From Octopus sinensis (Eukaryota): a DNA stretch of 64,000 bases. This document shows, in pieces, positions 27,301-36,429 of this stretch. The position numbers were made by a program, and so were the translations under genes. The stretch spans positions 81,530,001 through 81,594,000 of the forward strand of contig NC_043004.1 of the NCBI RefSeq assembly GCF_006345805.1, in the 5' to 3' direction. Below the pieces are notes generated by a model. It had not been told where the DNA came from, searched no databases, and saw only the letters and a program-made list of their open reading frames with translations. Numbering within the stretch: the stretch's first letter is position 1; every line of letters begins with the position of its first letter.

Positions 27301-29079
27301 ACCACCTGAACCTTATTTGACCATAGACCTATTTCTTTACTACCCACAAGGGGCTAAACACAGAGGACAAACAAGGACACACAAACGGATTAAGTCGATT
27401 ATATCAACCCCAGTGCATAACTGGTACTTATTTAATCGACCCCGAAAGAATGAAAGGCAAAGTCGACCCCAGCGGAATTTGAACTCAGAACGTAGCGGCA
27501 GACGAAATACCACTGAGCATTTCGCCTGGCGTGCTAACGTTTCTGCCAGCTCACCGCCAGTATATTTGACCATATACCTGGCACTCCACTGGTACTACAC
27601 CAGTTGAGTGGTGATATAATACAGAGAAAAATACGCCATCCACCGGTTAACCGGTGTTACAGGCGCAAAGGATTAACATCTATAGAGGCCGCAAGCACTT
27701 AGAAGATTTTCGTTCCCCCAGATATATGTATTTGAAAATACAAACAATAATAAGCCATAAAATATATTCATAAAATACATTTTTATTTTTCAAAGCACCA
27801 TTCGTGTGTGATCGTTACCAGCATCGCCTTACTGGCACTTGTGCAGGTGGCACATTTGAGCAAGGTCGTTGCCAGTGCTGCTGGACTGGCTCCTGTGCAG
27901 GTGGCACGTAAAAACACCATTTGAGCGTAGTACCTGACTGGCCTCCGTGCCGGTGGCACGTAAAAGCACCCACTATACTCTCAGAGTGGTTGGCATTAGG
28001 AAAGGCATTCAGCTGTAGAAACTCTGCCACATCAAATTGGAGCCGGGTGCAGCCATCTGGTTTGCAGGTCCTCAGTCAAATCGTCCAACCCATGCTAGCA
28101 TGGAATGCAGACGTTAAATGGTGATGATGATGATGATGTAACAAAACTAACAGTGAGATGGAAAATAATGGCTATTTTTGTATACTTTCGATTTATTTAT
28201 ATTTGAAAAATTTTTCTCTAACTTCCTTTAATTGCAAAGTCTTTGATCAGATCCTCTCTGTGACACCTTGAATACTTCAAAATTATATTTTTGATCATAT
28301 AAACAACTTTGAATATTATTTTAGCAAGTTTAAAATGATTTGTTTTGTGCTGTAAACCTTTTACCATTTCTGTAGTACCTCCACCTTCCCTTGCTGCCCT
28401 AAACACGTGCTTATTTTGCTTAATGGTTAATTCAGTACTGATATATATACTCTTTTACTTGTTTCAGTCATTTGACTGTGGCCATGCTGGAGCACCGCCT
28501 TTAGTCGAGCAAATTGACCCCAGAGCTCATTCTTTGTAAGCCTAGTACTTATTCTATCGGTCTCTTTTGCCGAACTGGCATCGACCACATTTGGATGGTG
28601 CTTTTTTACATGCCATCAGCACAAGATCCAGTCAGGGGGTACCAGCTCCAGCTACAAAATTGGTTTTACTTGACTCAACAGGTCTTCTCAAGCATATCAT
28701 ATCACCCAAAGCATCAGGAGTATTCTTAACAGGGCTGGACGTGCATGGCTGCAATCTCTCTTGAGTTACTGGGTCTTCTCAATCATAGCATATCTCCAAA
28801 GGTCCTGATCCCCTCTCATTGCCCCATGACATTCAGCTACTGATCCTGCAAGAAGCCAAGTAGCTAATTCCAAAATCTCCATAAGAGATGCATAACTTAA
28901 AACTTTTTAACTAACTTCAAATTATTTCCTTAAATGAAATTTATTTTAATATTTTTGTTTGTGACTTCCAGAAACCAGGATACAGTTCTCAAATGATGGC
29001 GTCTTCACTTGAAGAATTCGAATACCCCAATGGAAGTGAATGGCAAAAACTCTCAGCAGATGGAACCATTACATCATGA
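372..29079 (+). CDS. ENOSF1: Mitochondrial enolase superfamily member 1 (L-fuconate dehydratase / rTS-beta), 5'-partial spliced gene
   Basis: Join 372-458, 2042-2068, 3228-3268, 4493-4524, 16185-16223, 16953-17035, 20181-20215, 20790-20877, 22004-22138, 23020-23191, 24986-25079, 27109-27190, 28972-29079 = 1023 nt, 340 aa + stop. All introns are AG/GT-bounded and phase-compatible. Motifs FKAKVG (KxK), MVDANQ, WIEEP, ATGEQ and [15 protein letters not shown] are intact. Confidence 0.96.
509..1010 (+). mobile_element. 5'-truncated R4/Dong-like non-LTR retrotransposon (restriction-like endonuclease C-terminus + 3'UTR) embedded in (TAA)n
   Basis: Open frame [52 protein letters not shown] (509-793); (AAT)n at 466-508 and 1011-1052. 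Confidence 0.8.
1346..1922. repeat. Compound (AGT)n/(AGC)n microsatellite with about 60-nt higher-order units ending AAC-AGT-AGA-AGA-GGT
   Basis: Read directly; intronic in ENOSF1. Confidence 0.95.
2042..2068 (+). CDS. ENOSF1: ENOSF1 27-nt exon (PLWKLLVDM)
   Basis: tttccag acceptor, gtaagt donor; matches family PVWKLLVDM. Confidence 0.9.
3228..3268 (+). CDS. ENOSF1: ENOSF1 exon ([13 protein letters not shown])
   Basis: ctcacag acceptor, gtaagt donor, 41 nt. Confidence 0.9.
3382..3767. repeat. Long inverted repeat (about 123-bp arms, 139-nt spacer) built on a SINE-A 3' end
   Basis: 3382-3504 is the reverse complement of 3644-3767 with about 4 differences. Confidence 0.92.
4493..4524 (+). 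CDS. ENOSF1: ENOSF1 exon ([11 protein letters not shown])
   Basis: ttttcag acceptor, gttcgt donor, 32 nt, phase 2 to 1. Confidence 0.85.
5639..15369. repeat. 9.7-kb minisatellite, units of 30/31/41 nt (consensus TCACTCCACAATCAC(T)TCAACATCTGACGCA)
   Basis: Continuous tandem array of roughly 300 units filling most of the 11.66-kb ENOSF1 intron 4525-16184. Confidence 0.98.
15541..15964 (-). mobile_element. tRNA-derived SINE family A, full copy
   Basis: Head gcaggagtggctgtgtgg..ggttcagtccc, internal (TG)n, tail cagcatggccacagtcaaatgactgaaacaa. Confidence 0.85.
16185..16223 (+). CDS. ENOSF1: ENOSF1 exon ([13 protein letters not shown])
   Basis: acatag acceptor, gtaaga donor, 39 nt; phase fits both neighbours. 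Confidence 0.82.
16470..16885 (-). mobile_element. SINE family A, full copy
   Basis: Same architecture as 15541-15964. Confidence 0.85.
16953..17035 (+). CDS. ENOSF1: ENOSF1 exon ([28 protein letters not shown])
   Basis: [13 protein letters not shown] motif; tttacag/gtaaaa. Confidence 0.93.
17110..17755 (+). mobile_element. CR1/L2-like LINE 3' fragment
   Basis: [42 protein letters not shown]-terminal signature; 3'UTR ending in (ATT)n. Confidence 0.7.
17756..19228 (+). mobile_element. Old degraded mariner transposon
   Basis: Remnant [27 protein letters not shown]; left TIR remnant at about 17756-17796 matches the right TIR split across 18617-18651 and 19210-19228. Confidence 0.7.
18654..19207 (-). 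mobile_element. Internally deleted non-autonomous mariner (554 bp) nested in the right TIR of the older mariner
   Basis: About 30-bp TIRs ttgggttgtctggaaagttcgtgctgattt with 2 mismatches; TA duplications 18652-53 and 19208-09; [13 protein letters not shown]-terminus fused to a [13 protein letters not shown]-terminus. Confidence 0.9.
19430..19722 (+). mobile_element. RTE 3'-UTR-derived repeat copy ending in (GAT)n
   Basis: ggagtggttggcgtcagaaagggcatccagctgtagaaac..ccaacccatgccagcatgg..ttaaatgatgat; homologous to 53163-53400. Confidence 0.85.
20181..20215 (+). CDS. ENOSF1: ENOSF1 exon ([11 protein letters not shown])
   Basis: tttcag/gtaagt, 35 nt. Confidence 0.88.
20262..20440. repeat. (TTC)n polypyrimidine/polypurine tract
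   Basis: About 20 pure TTC units then degenerate; starts about 45 nt after the donor at 20216. Confidence 0.95.
20790..20877 (+). CDS. ENOSF1: ENOSF1 exon ([30 protein letters not shown])
   Basis: Catalytic KxK motif; caacag/gttggt. Confidence 0.92.
21017..21180 (-). mobile_element. Second R4/Dong-like 3'-end fragment abutting (TAA)n
   Basis: Reverse complement of about 850-1010; terminal 120 nt differ at 2 positions. Confidence 0.88.
21556..21935 (+). mobile_element. SINE family A, full copy
   Basis: Head, (TG)n and tail as in other copies. Confidence 0.85.
22004..22138 (+). CDS. ENOSF1: ENOSF1 exon (MVDANQKW...[19 protein letters not shown])
   Basis: Metal-ligand D and E motifs; tttag/gtaagt, 135 nt. 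Confidence 0.95.
23020..23191 (+). CDS. ENOSF1: ENOSF1 exon ([23 protein letters not shown]...LMAAKFK)
   Basis: ATGEQ and [14 protein letters not shown] motifs; gccag/gtaaga, 172 nt. Confidence 0.95.
23668..24635 (+). mobile_element. Head-to-tail cluster of 4-5 SINE family B copies
   Basis: Repeated gctggcagaaacgttagc..gttctgagttcaaattcc..gcctttcatcctttcggggtcgataaattaagtaccag..gtgcctagagtagaaaag. Confidence 0.85.
24986..25079 (+). CDS. ENOSF1: ENOSF1 exon ([31 protein letters not shown])
   Basis: Catalytic His motif CPHAG; tacag/gtaatc. Confidence 0.93.
25110..25400 (+). mobile_element. 3' coding remnant of a second RTE-type LINE family
   Basis: [33 protein letters not shown] signature. 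Confidence 0.65.
25655..26157 (+). mobile_element. RTE 3'-UTR-derived copy with about 5 internal 60-70-nt subrepeats
   Basis: Repeated ggcac(a/g)taaaaagcaccatt..gatgccagtg..gactggctcc, then the common tail. Confidence 0.85.
26335..26745 (-). mobile_element. SINE family A, full copy
   Basis: Same architecture as other family A copies. Confidence 0.8.
27109..27190 (+). CDS. ENOSF1: ENOSF1 exon ([28 protein letters not shown])
   Basis: tttcag/gtaagt, 82 nt. Confidence 0.92.
27287..27672. mobile_element. piggyBac-type MITE interrupted by a SINE-B
   Basis: TTAA at 27283-86 and 27673-76; termini ccctttgagc../..gcgcaaagga. Confidence 0.6.
27331..27562 (-). mobile_element. SINE family B (alternative tail) with 17-bp target-site duplication
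   Basis: tatttgaccata(g/t)acct at 27314-27330 and 27563-27579. Confidence 0.85.
27795..28138 (+). mobile_element. RTE 3'-UTR-derived copy
   Basis: Subrepeats plus common tail and (GAT)n. Confidence 0.85.
28972..29079 (+). CDS. ENOSF1: ENOSF1 last coding exon (KPGYSSQM...[19 protein letters not shown])
   Basis: ttccag acceptor; TGA at 29077-29079. Confidence 0.93.
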   Translation, partial: KPGYSSQMMASSLEEFEYPNGSEWQKLSADGTITS

Positions 29080-29446
29080 ACAAATTTATTTTCAAGTCAG
29101 AGCTACTTGACCTGCTAGAAAGAGCAGCCAGATGTTTCTTAAATCACACTTTATCATCTTGAAGAGAAAAACTACACAATATTGGACATGTTCCAATTGT
29201 TTTGCAGAAAGACTTTTGGAAAACCTTTGATCTTAGGCCTGACCGGGGGAGGGGGGGCAACCACAGTGACTGCTTTTAACTTTTGTATTTAGGAAGAAAG
29301 AAATATAGAAATAAGAGAGAAATGGCATTTTATTTGTGTCAGTCTGCTGACCTTTTTCAATATCAGAGACAGAGATCAGCATGGAGAACTACCACAACAA
29401 ATATAAACCATTTTCTGCAGCAAATTCAAAACAACCGTATTTCACA

Positions 29447-29452
29447 AATAAA
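29447..29452 (+). promoter_or_regulatory. Candidate ENOSF1 polyadenylation signal AATAAA
   Basis: Canonical hexamer about 370 nt after the stop, followed by a T-rich tract. Confidence 0.55.
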
Positions 29453-29829
29453 ACTTAAACCTAATTAACCTATCAATATATTTTTTTTTTACATCTATCA
29501 CTCCATTTGGGTCACACCATTACCATCCCACTTTCCTTCAACGCCTCCTCCCCTGGATCTTTCCACCGTCCCCAAGGGAGCAGACTTGCACACTTTGGAA
29601 ACCACTGCTCTAAGAAATATACCTATTTCTTTACTACCCACAAGGGGCTAAACATAGAGGGGACAAACAGATTAAGTCGATTACATCGAACCCAGTGCGT
29701 AACTGGTACTTAATTTATCAACCCCGAAAGGATGAAAGGCAAAGTCGACCTTGGCAGAATTTGAACTCAGAACGTAACGGCAGATGAAATACCACTAAGC
29801 ATTTTGCCCAGCGTGCTAATAATAATATC

Positions 29830-30000
29830 AGCAAAATACCTTAGGTATGAGAACCCAGGGTTGGGTTCAAAATTCTACCAGGACACCTGATGAAGGCTGG
29901 AGAGTAAATCAGCCGAAACATTGTAGTAACAGTAAACAAGATGAGAACATCCTCGTCCAATATAAATAATGTAAATAATGTACAGAATTCCTCATCTTTA
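29830..30000 (+). repeat. Penelope-type dispersed repeat with a degenerate minimal hammerhead (core at 29882-29927)
   Basis: gacac-CTGATGA-a-ggctg..cagcc-GAAAC; paralogous to 35510-35690. Confidence 0.6.
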
Positions 30001-30653
30001 AAATATAAAACAAGACGCAATGACACACACAAATTTGGTTCAGTAGTTAGAGCATCAGGCTCATAATCATGAGATAGTGAGTTCAATTCCTAGATCAAAC
30101 TGTGTATTTATTATGTTCTTGAACAAAACCCTTTATTTCATGTTGTTCCAGTTCACTCAGCTGTAGAAAGGAGTTGTGACATCCTTGGTGCTAAGCTGTA
30201 TCGGCCTCTGCCTTTCCCTTGGATAACATCAGTGGTGTGCAGAGGCAAGGCTGGTATGCATGGGTGACTGTTGGTCTTCCATAAATAATCTTGCTTGGGC
30301 TTGTGCCTAGGAGGGGAACTTTCTAGGTGCAATTCCATGATCATTCATGATCGAAAGAGGTTCTTCTTCTTAAATATACACAAAGGGCTCCTTTCTTTCA
30401 ACTTCTGTCTACCAAATCCACTCAAAAGGCTTTGGTCAGCTGGAGGCTATAATAGAAAACATTTGCCCAAGGTGCCACGCAGTGGGACTGAACCCAGAAC
30501 CATGTGATTGGGAAGCAACCTTCCTACCACACAGTCACACCTACTATATTGACAATTCTACAGAAATTCTCATATATCAGGAATTTGGCCTGACAACATT
30601 TAAATAAGTAAACAAAATACAAAAAAAAAAACAAATTACAATTAGAAAAACAA

Positions 30654-30659
30654 TTTATT
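30654..30659 (-). promoter_or_regulatory. Candidate CLPP polyadenylation signal AATAAA
   Basis: TTTATT on the + strand about 150 nt beyond the CLPP stop. Confidence 0.5.
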
Positions 30660-30809
30660 TAATCTAAATCAAAAAAAAAAAATCAAAAAGCACAATACAA
30701 AATTTGTCCTTTGTTTTGATGAAATAAAAAATATATTTACTTTTCTTAGATATTTTTAAAAATCAAGAAAGGAGAGGATGCTAAGATTTGCTAGGAGATT
30801 TCTCTTCTC

Positions 30810-30901
30810 CTATGCTGGTGGATGTTCAAGAACACTATCAATAAGACCAAATTCCAATGCCTCATTTGGACTCATGAATTTATCTGATTCCATATTTTTC
30901 T
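30810..30901 (-). CDS. CLPP: CLPP last exon ([30 protein letters not shown])
   Basis: ttttcag acceptor; TAG at 30810-30812. Confidence 0.93.
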
Positions 30902-30964
30902 CTGAAAAAAGATGAAATAATAAATATATGAGAGTATGTATGTGTACATGTGTGTGTGTGTGTG

Positions 30965-31003
<39 letters not shown>

Positions 31004-34000
31004 CGGGAAGGTTTATGAAAATAAACAAAAGACGAAGGCAGGTTTACGAAAATAAATAAAAGGCAGGTGGAGTACAAACAAATAATGTATTAGTATGGCG
31101 CTCAGGAATAGAAATAAAACAAGTTTTTTACGTTTCGAGCCTACGCTCTTCGACAGAAAGATACACAGAAAAGAAACAAGGAGAGAAAAAAATTGCGTGT
31201 AGGGGCTAACGATTCAACATGGCGTTATATATATACATATATATATATATAATATATGCATATATACATATGTATATGTACATGCTTACATCTATATGTA
31301 TATAATAATAATAATAATAATAGTCGTCGCCGTTTTACGTCTGCTTTCCATGCTGGCATGGTTTTGATGGTTTGACTGAGATCTGGAGAGCCAGGAGGCT
31401 GCACCAGGCTCCAATCTGATCTGGTAAGGTTTCTACAGCTGGATGCCCTTTCAACCACTGAAAATACTAACTAAACATTTTCCCCAAGCTCTGAACTTAC
31501 CAATGTTTTCCAATGGCTGTTTGGTGTGTTTTACATACAAGTTATTCAGCTGTGACTTTAGTTTCAGGATCTCTTCAGCATGGATCATTATATCTGTAGC
31601 TTTACCCTGGTAAAAATAAAACGAAACAACAGAAAAAAAAAAACATTAGAACAATGTCGTCAGACCAGCTGTACTTTGCTTCAACATGCATGCATATTCC
31701 TTTATTCTTTATTCTTTTACTTGTTTCAGTCATTTGATTGTGGCCATGCTGGAGTACTGTTTTTAGTTGCATAAATCAACCCCAGGACTTATTCGTTGTA
31801 AGCCTAGTACTTATTCTATGGTCATGTGTTCTGAATGGATGAGGACAGCTGTGTGAAAAAGTGTCACACCTGAGCAGATGAGGGAACCTGTGGAAGAGGT
31901 AGACCCAGGAAAACATAGGATTATGTAGTGAAGGACAATCTTCAAACATTGGGCCTCACCGAGGCAATGTAAAGTGACCAAGAATTTGGAGATATGCTGT
32001 GCTTGAGAAGACCTGGCAAGCCAAGTGAGACCATAACTGTGGCTTATGCCAGTGCTATATAACCAGCAAATTTAAGAGTACCCTCCAATCATTAGACAAT
32101 AAACTATGCTTGTGAAGATCTGTTGAGGTAAGTGAAATCACCGTCATGGCCGATGACAGTATCACCTGATTGGCACCCGTGCCAGTGGAATGTTAAAAGC
32201 ACCATTCGATTGTGATCGTTGCCAGGACCGCTGACTGACTGTCATGCTGGTGGCATGTAAAAAGCACCATTCGAGCGTGGTTGTTGCCAGTGCTGCTGGA
32301 CTGGCTCCTGTGCAGGTGGTACGTAAAAAGTACAATTTGAGCATGGCCGATGCCAGTACCGCCTGACTGGCTCCTGTGTCAGTGGCATGTAAAAGCACCC
32401 ACTACACTTGGAGTGGTTGGTGTTAGGAAGCGCATCCAGCTGTAGAAATTTTGCCAGATCAGATTGAGCCCAGTGCAGCCTTCTGGCTCACCAGTATTCA
32501 GTCAAACCATCCAACTCATGCCAGCATGGAAGAAGGACGTTAAACGTCGTCGTTTAACGTCCGTTCTCCATGCTAGCATGGGTTGGACGGTTCGACCGGG
32601 GTTCTGGGAAGCCAGAAGGCTGCACCAGGCTCCAGTCTAATTTGGCAATGTTTCTACAGCTGGATGCCCTTCCTAACGCCAACCACTCCATGAGTGTAGT
32701 GGTGCTTTTACGTGCCACCTGCCAGGTGCCAGGCGGGGATGGCAACGGCCACGGTCAGATTGGTGTATTTTATGTGCCACCGGCACGGAAGCCAGTCGAG
32801 GCGGTGCTGGCATCGGCCACGATGATGATTATATATATATATAGGGAGAATTCACAAAAAAACAAAAGACAAAGACAGGTGTTGTAGACAACAAACAGAT
32901 GTATTAGTTTAACACTCGGGAAGTGAAAAAGTTTTTAATGTTTCGTGCCTAAGCTCTATATATCATCATCATCATCGTTTAACGTCCACTTCACATGCTA
33001 GCATGGGTTGGACGATTTGACTGAGGACTGGTGAACCAGATGGCTGCACTAGGCTCCAATTTTGATCTGGCAGAGTTTCTACAGCTGGATGCCCTTCCTA
33101 ATGCCAACCACTCCAAGAGTGTAGTGGGTGCTTTTACGTGCTACGGTAGATATTGGAACTACAGTGCAATATGAGCTCTAAAAGACCGATAAATAAGACA
33201 AAACAGCTGATTTCATGATTTCGTTCACTAAGCTACACTACTTTATGGTGTGTATCTTAACATTTACTCTACGTATTTTAATATGATTTTATATTCTTTT
33301 ATTCTTATTTATTGTACAGTAACATGATTTTATGTGCTTCTAACGGTTTTCTAGTGATTTTGCGATTCCAATATTTGCGGCGGACAGACGTAAAGTCGAG
33401 TAAAATGAATTAACCTGATTTTCATTTTTCCACATATTATTTTTGATAACCGACATGTAATCGAAAATGACTTAAGCCAAGGTATACATGTATATGGATG
33501 TATATATACATATACATTATACATACATACATAGATATATGATGATGACATATATATGCATATGTATATGTATCTATATATATATGTATGTTATAACAAG
33601 TTACAATTACTTACCCCAACTTGTCCTGAAGGTTGATGAATCATAATTCTAGAATTTGGCAATGAATGCCTCATTCCTGGTGTTCCTGCCGACAAAAGCA
33701 GTGATGCCATGCTACAGGCCTGACCAACGCACCACGTGGCGATAGGCGGCTGCACATACTGCATTGTGTCATAAATACCAAGACCAGCGGTCACTGAGCC
33801 ACCTGTAAATACAGAAATTGAGGGAAATTAAGTTGAGGTGCTGGAAAAAAAGGGCTGGACAAGGTTCTAACATTACAAGGAAGCATAACCATGACTGTGC
33901 CTATAGCCTATGGTATTTAATTCAAAGAACGATGGGATAGTATTCTGTTATCTAAGCAGTAACATGATAACCCATCAAGCAATATACAGGTTGCCGTCGA

Positions 34001-35938
34001 CTTACGACCACAGTTGGTTCCGACTGATTGGTTAAGTCGATTTGGTCATAAGTTGGCCTATAGGCCTACATAGCTTTGTTTTATATTTTTACATTCTTAA
34101 GGTACATTCTCAGGTAAAAGTCACACAGCATTCTGTTTTGTATTAGTATACTGGCAGCGAGCTGGCAGAAACGTTAGCACACCAGGCAAAATGCTTAGCG
34201 GTATTTCGTCTGTCTTTACGTTCTGAGTTCAAATTCCACTAAGATCGACTTTGCCTTTCATTACTTTCAGGGTCAATAAATTAAGTACCAGTTGTGCACT
34301 GGGGTTGAAGTAATTGACTTAATCCCTTTGTCTGTCCTTGTTTGTTCTCTCTGTGTTTAGCCCCTTGTGGGTAGTAAAGAAATAGGTATTTCGTCTGCCG
34401 GTACGTTGAGTTCACATTCCGCCGAGGTCGACTTTGCCTTTCATCCTTTCAGGGTCAATTAAATAAGTACCAGTAATGCACCGGGGTCAATGTAATCCAT
34501 TTAGTCCCCTTGTCCTTGTTTGTCCCCTCTGTGTTTAGCCCCTTGTGGGTAGTAAAGAAATAGGTATTTCGTCTGTCTTTACGTCCTGAGTTCAAATTCC
34601 GCTGAGGTCGACTTTGCCTTTCATCCTTTCGGGGTCGATAAATTAAGTACCAGTTACGCACTGGGGTTGAAGTAATTGACTTAATCCCTTTGTCTGTCCT
34701 TGTTTGTCCCCTCTATGTTCAGCCCCTTGTGGGCAATAAAGAAATAACTATTATACTGGCGTCAGTCAAAAATTTCAGTCCCAAGCAATTGTCTTATAAA
34801 CAAAATTGAGGTTGCCTTGATGTCCCTGCAACAGGATAGTCATCCAACAACCGGTGTTTGTGTGTTTACATCCCCTTACCATAGTGGTTTGGCAAAAGAG
34901 ACCGATAGAATAAGTACTAGGCTAAAGAACTAAGTCATGGGGGGGTCAATTTGTTCAATTAAAATCCCATCAAGGCAGTGCTCCAGCATGGCCACAGTCA
35001 AACGGCTGAAACGAGTGAAAGAAGGAAGGAAAGAAAGGAAGAAGGAAAGAACTAGTGTTGCTTCTCACCTGGGCTGTTGATGTACATGTGAATGGCTTTC
35101 TTGCTACTCTCAGACTGCAAGAAAAGAAGTTGTGCCACAACAAGACTGGATAAATCATCCGTGACCTACGAAGAAGAGGATAGAGAAAGAAAAGAAATCA
35201 GAAAACCAATCATGAGTGAAATGTTGTTTGTTTGCGAGTTATTGATGTAACTATATAAAATATTTTATTAGGAGTGGCTGTGTGGTAAGTAGCTCGCTTA
35301 ACAACCACATGGTTCCAGGTTCTACTATATAGCCTCAGGCCAACCAAAGCCTTGTGAGTAGATTTGATAGACAGAAACTGAAAGTAGCCTGTCGTATATA
35401 TATATGTATATTTATGTGTGTGTGTGTATGTATGTATGTGTGTGTGTATGTATGTATGTATATATATATGTGTGTGTTCATATATATATATATATATATA
35501 TATATACAACAACAATAACAACATCGAAAAATACCTTAGGTTCAAAATTTCCCCAAGACACCTGATGAAGGCTGGAGGGTATATCAGCCTAAACGTTGTG
35601 TTAACAACAAATAAGATGAGGACAAATATTCATCAAATGTAAATAATTTAAATAATGCACATAATTCCTCATCCCTTAAATATAGAACTGTACGTCTTCC
35701 ATGTCCCAAAATACAAGTGTTTTGGAAATATTGGTTGAGAAAAACAGAAAATGAAATAGTGATGACATACTGGTCCCATAATGCAGATAATTCTTTCTTT
35801 CAAGAGTCTGGAGAAAATGTCGTAAGCTCTTTCCCCTCTTCCTGTTGATTCAATCACAATGGGAACCATTGGACGACAGGTCTTGGAGGACATATGAATG
35901 GTCCTTTGAATAATGGAACATTGCCGTGGTATGACGGT
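30810..35938 (-). CDS. CLPP: Mitochondrial ATP-dependent Clp protease proteolytic subunit, spliced gene (first exon uncertain)
   Basis: Join complement 35771-35938, 35069-35165, 33615-33802, 31501-31606, 30810-30901 = 651 nt, phase-consistent. Motifs [42 protein letters not shown] (Ser), RIMIHQP (His) and ESDKFMS (Asp). Confidence 0.96.
31003..31215 (-). repeat. (TA)n-anchored repeat family H, hammerhead-like core CTGTCGA
   Basis: Minus strand cttt-CTGTCGA-a-GAGC-gtag-GCTC-GAA-ACGT-A-aaaa. Confidence 0.65.
31501..31606 (-). CDS. CLPP: CLPP exon ([35 protein letters not shown])
   Basis: ttaccag/gtaagt, 106 nt. Confidence 0.93.
31820..32550 (+). mobile_element. RTE 3' fragment (C-terminal coding remnant + UTR)
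   Basis: Homologous to 53163-54060; joined tail-to-tail to the next copy. Confidence 0.8.
32551..32825 (-). mobile_element. RTE 3'-UTR copy, closely matching the UTR of the LINE at 53163
   Basis: cgtttaacgtccgttctccatgctagcatgggttggacggttcgaccggggttctgggaagcc.. Confidence 0.88.
32838..32958 (-). repeat. Family H copy truncated at the hammerhead core
   Basis: gagc-ttag-gcac-gaaac; cut by an adjacent RTE tail at about 32960. Confidence 0.55.
33615..33802 (-). CDS. CLPP: CLPP exon ([16 protein letters not shown]...[10 protein letters not shown]...[12 protein letters not shown])
   Basis: Catalytic Ser and His; tttacag/gtaagt, 188 nt. Confidence 0.96.
34159..34746 (+). mobile_element. SINE family B trimer
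   Basis: One headed unit plus two headless units starting at ggtatttcgtctg (34385, 34563); flanking tatactggc direct repeat. Confidence 0.85.
35069..35165 (-). CDS. CLPP: CLPP exon ([32 protein letters not shown])
   Basis: ttcgtag/gtgaga, 97 nt. Confidence 0.94.
35510..35690 (+). repeat. Penelope-type repeat with a hammerhead carrying G12-to-T (core at 35557-35602)
   Basis: gacac-CTGATGA-a-ggctg..cagcc-TAA-ACGT-T-gtgtt. Confidence 0.6.
35771..35938 (-). CDS. CLPP: CLPP exon ([28 protein letters not shown]...ICIMGP)
   Basis: tcaacag/gtatgt, 168 nt; presequence remnant plus mature N-terminus. Confidence 0.92.
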
Positions 35939-36114
35939 CTGTTGAAAAGAAAGAATGAAAGAAGGACATGAAAAGGGAGAAAGAAGAAAATATAAGTTTG
36001 TTTTGTAACATTCGTTTCACAGCTCGAATTGTTGGAAATAACAGCCAAACCTTCTTTAAATAGCACCACGCCACTTGAAATAAAGAAGGATTCATTGGAT
36101 GATGTGGGGTGCAC

Positions 36115-36144
36115 CCTCTGAATAGCTACCACACATAATCTCAT
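36115..36144 (-). CDS. CLPP: Tentative CLPP first coding exon (MRLCVVAIQR)
   Basis: ATG followed by phase-0 GT (weak gtgcac donor). The joined N-terminus is Arg-rich and acid-free like a mitochondrial presequence. Other first exons cannot be excluded. Confidence 0.35.
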
Positions 36145-36395
36145 AGTGAAAGAAAAGAGGAATTTTGTGCCCTTTTTTTTGTCTTCTTTGCTAGGAGATA
36201 GATAGCTATTTCGAAACTCCGCTAAATATGGTCCCTTATATAATCGAAAAAGACATGATTGTCACAGTTGGAACACCTTTGATCATAGGGCTGCTCGATT
36301 AAAGTTGTCCTGGGGCTAAACAAACAAACAACAACAACTGCCCCTTCGTTCCTTTTTCTACGTTCAAAACATTCCATCATCGCCATTCAAATGAT

Positions 36396-36429
<34 letters not shown>

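Noticed and set aside
33350-33425. C/D-box snoRNA candidate in a CpG-richer segment
   Set aside because: The C box is poor (GTGATTT), it is antisense to the host CLPP intron, and no rRNA complementarity was recognisable.
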